Positions 63,701-64,000 of a stretch of 64,000 nt of DNA are shown one piece after another. Below the pieces are notes generated by a model. It saw only the letters and a list, made by a program, of their open reading frames with translations, was not told the DNA's origin and did no database searches. Where the stretch lies: the NCBI RefSeq assembly GCF_964355755.1, contig NC_092671.1, forward strand, positions 26,920,070 through 26,984,069, given 5' to 3'. The stretch comes from Antedon mediterranea. Lineage: Eukaryota; Animalia; Echinodermata. Position 1 is the first letter of the stretch. Each line of letters starts with the position of its first letter. A program made the position numbers and the translations under genes.

Positions 63701-63943
63701 TTAAGGCGCTGTAAAAACTTTGACCTAGCTATATACTTGTACATTATTCATAACAGGTTTCAAAGACATTTTAAGCAAAGCATTGGGATAAAATAATGTG
63801 TTTACTTATGTATTTGTGTTTGCTAGGCGTTGTCTATTATGCAGCAGCTTGGTTTACGCCCAAAGCGTACTGTAAGAGCAGTGCTGTGGACAGCTGAAGA
63901 AGTTGGCTTAGTTGGTTCACAACAATATTATCAGAGGCACAAG
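54762..63943 (+). CDS. CPQ: Carboxypeptidase Q (PGCP, peptidase M28), 5' part. Exons: 54762-54804, 54918-55001, 56191-56322, 59658-59719, 60167-60272, 60907-60968, 61642-61806, 62444-62528, 62773-62876, 63002-63088, 63827-63943; continues beyond the window
   Basis: [106 protein letters not shown]. All junctions are GT-AG and in phase. Confidence 0.93.
55390..56048 (+). mobile_element. 5'-truncated Rex1/Babar-like LINE
   Basis: [40 protein letters not shown], ending with AATAAA and a (TCTTGAA)n tail. Confidence 0.8.
56760..58152 (+). mobile_element. HINE family D copy lacking its 3' palindrome
   Basis: Colinear with 22832-24240. It stops in the (AAAT)n tract, where the next copy begins. Confidence 0.78.
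58153..59628 (+). mobile_element. HINE family D full-length copy
   Basis: Same termini as 22832-24292 and near-identical sequence. Confidence 0.8.
60990..61203. mobile_element. Small TIR MITE in a CPQ intron
   Basis: GGCAATCTAACAAC / GTTGTTAGATTGCC inverted repeats. Confidence 0.55.
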
Positions 63944-64000
63944 GTAACAAAACTGAGGTTTGAGCACGTATCAATTTTTTAAAGCACTTATTATTATACA

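Overview
AT-rich, intron-containing animal genomic DNA. It is probably a marine deuterostome invertebrate such as an echinoderm; this is inferred from gene content and repeat types, not established. Host genes I reconstructed by hand from splice sites: a secreted CAP/SCP+EGF protein (-, 11545-20783); MALSU1 (-, 22216-29304), head-to-head with a divergent DNA primase large subunit (PRIM2)-like gene (+, 30683-34615); an LRR-containing GPCR of GRL101/RXFP type (-, 42642-47468) with a decayed tandem paralogue (-, ~35285-38910); and carboxypeptidase Q (+, 54762 to beyond the window end). There is also an ST8Sia-like sialyltransferase pseudogene (+, 8129-10596). Mobile DNA is dense. It includes the 5' half of an intact-looking CsRn1-clade Ty3/Gypsy element (LTR, tRNA-Trp PBS, CHCC gag, -1 frameshift, open pol), two solo-LTR candidates, several LINE fragments, a Penelope-type inverted repeat carrying minimal hammerhead ribozymes, Harbinger- and MULE-type non-autonomous elements, and four families of Helentron-associated (HINE/DINE-1-like) elements, three of which carry tRNA-like Pol III units. 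The most interesting signals are the tRNA-carrying, core-swapping HINE families, the PRIM2 paralogue with a tandem SUMO-consensus repeat inserted in its Fe-S domain, and the LGR lacking an LDLa module. No database searches were run, so all family names come from motif recognition.
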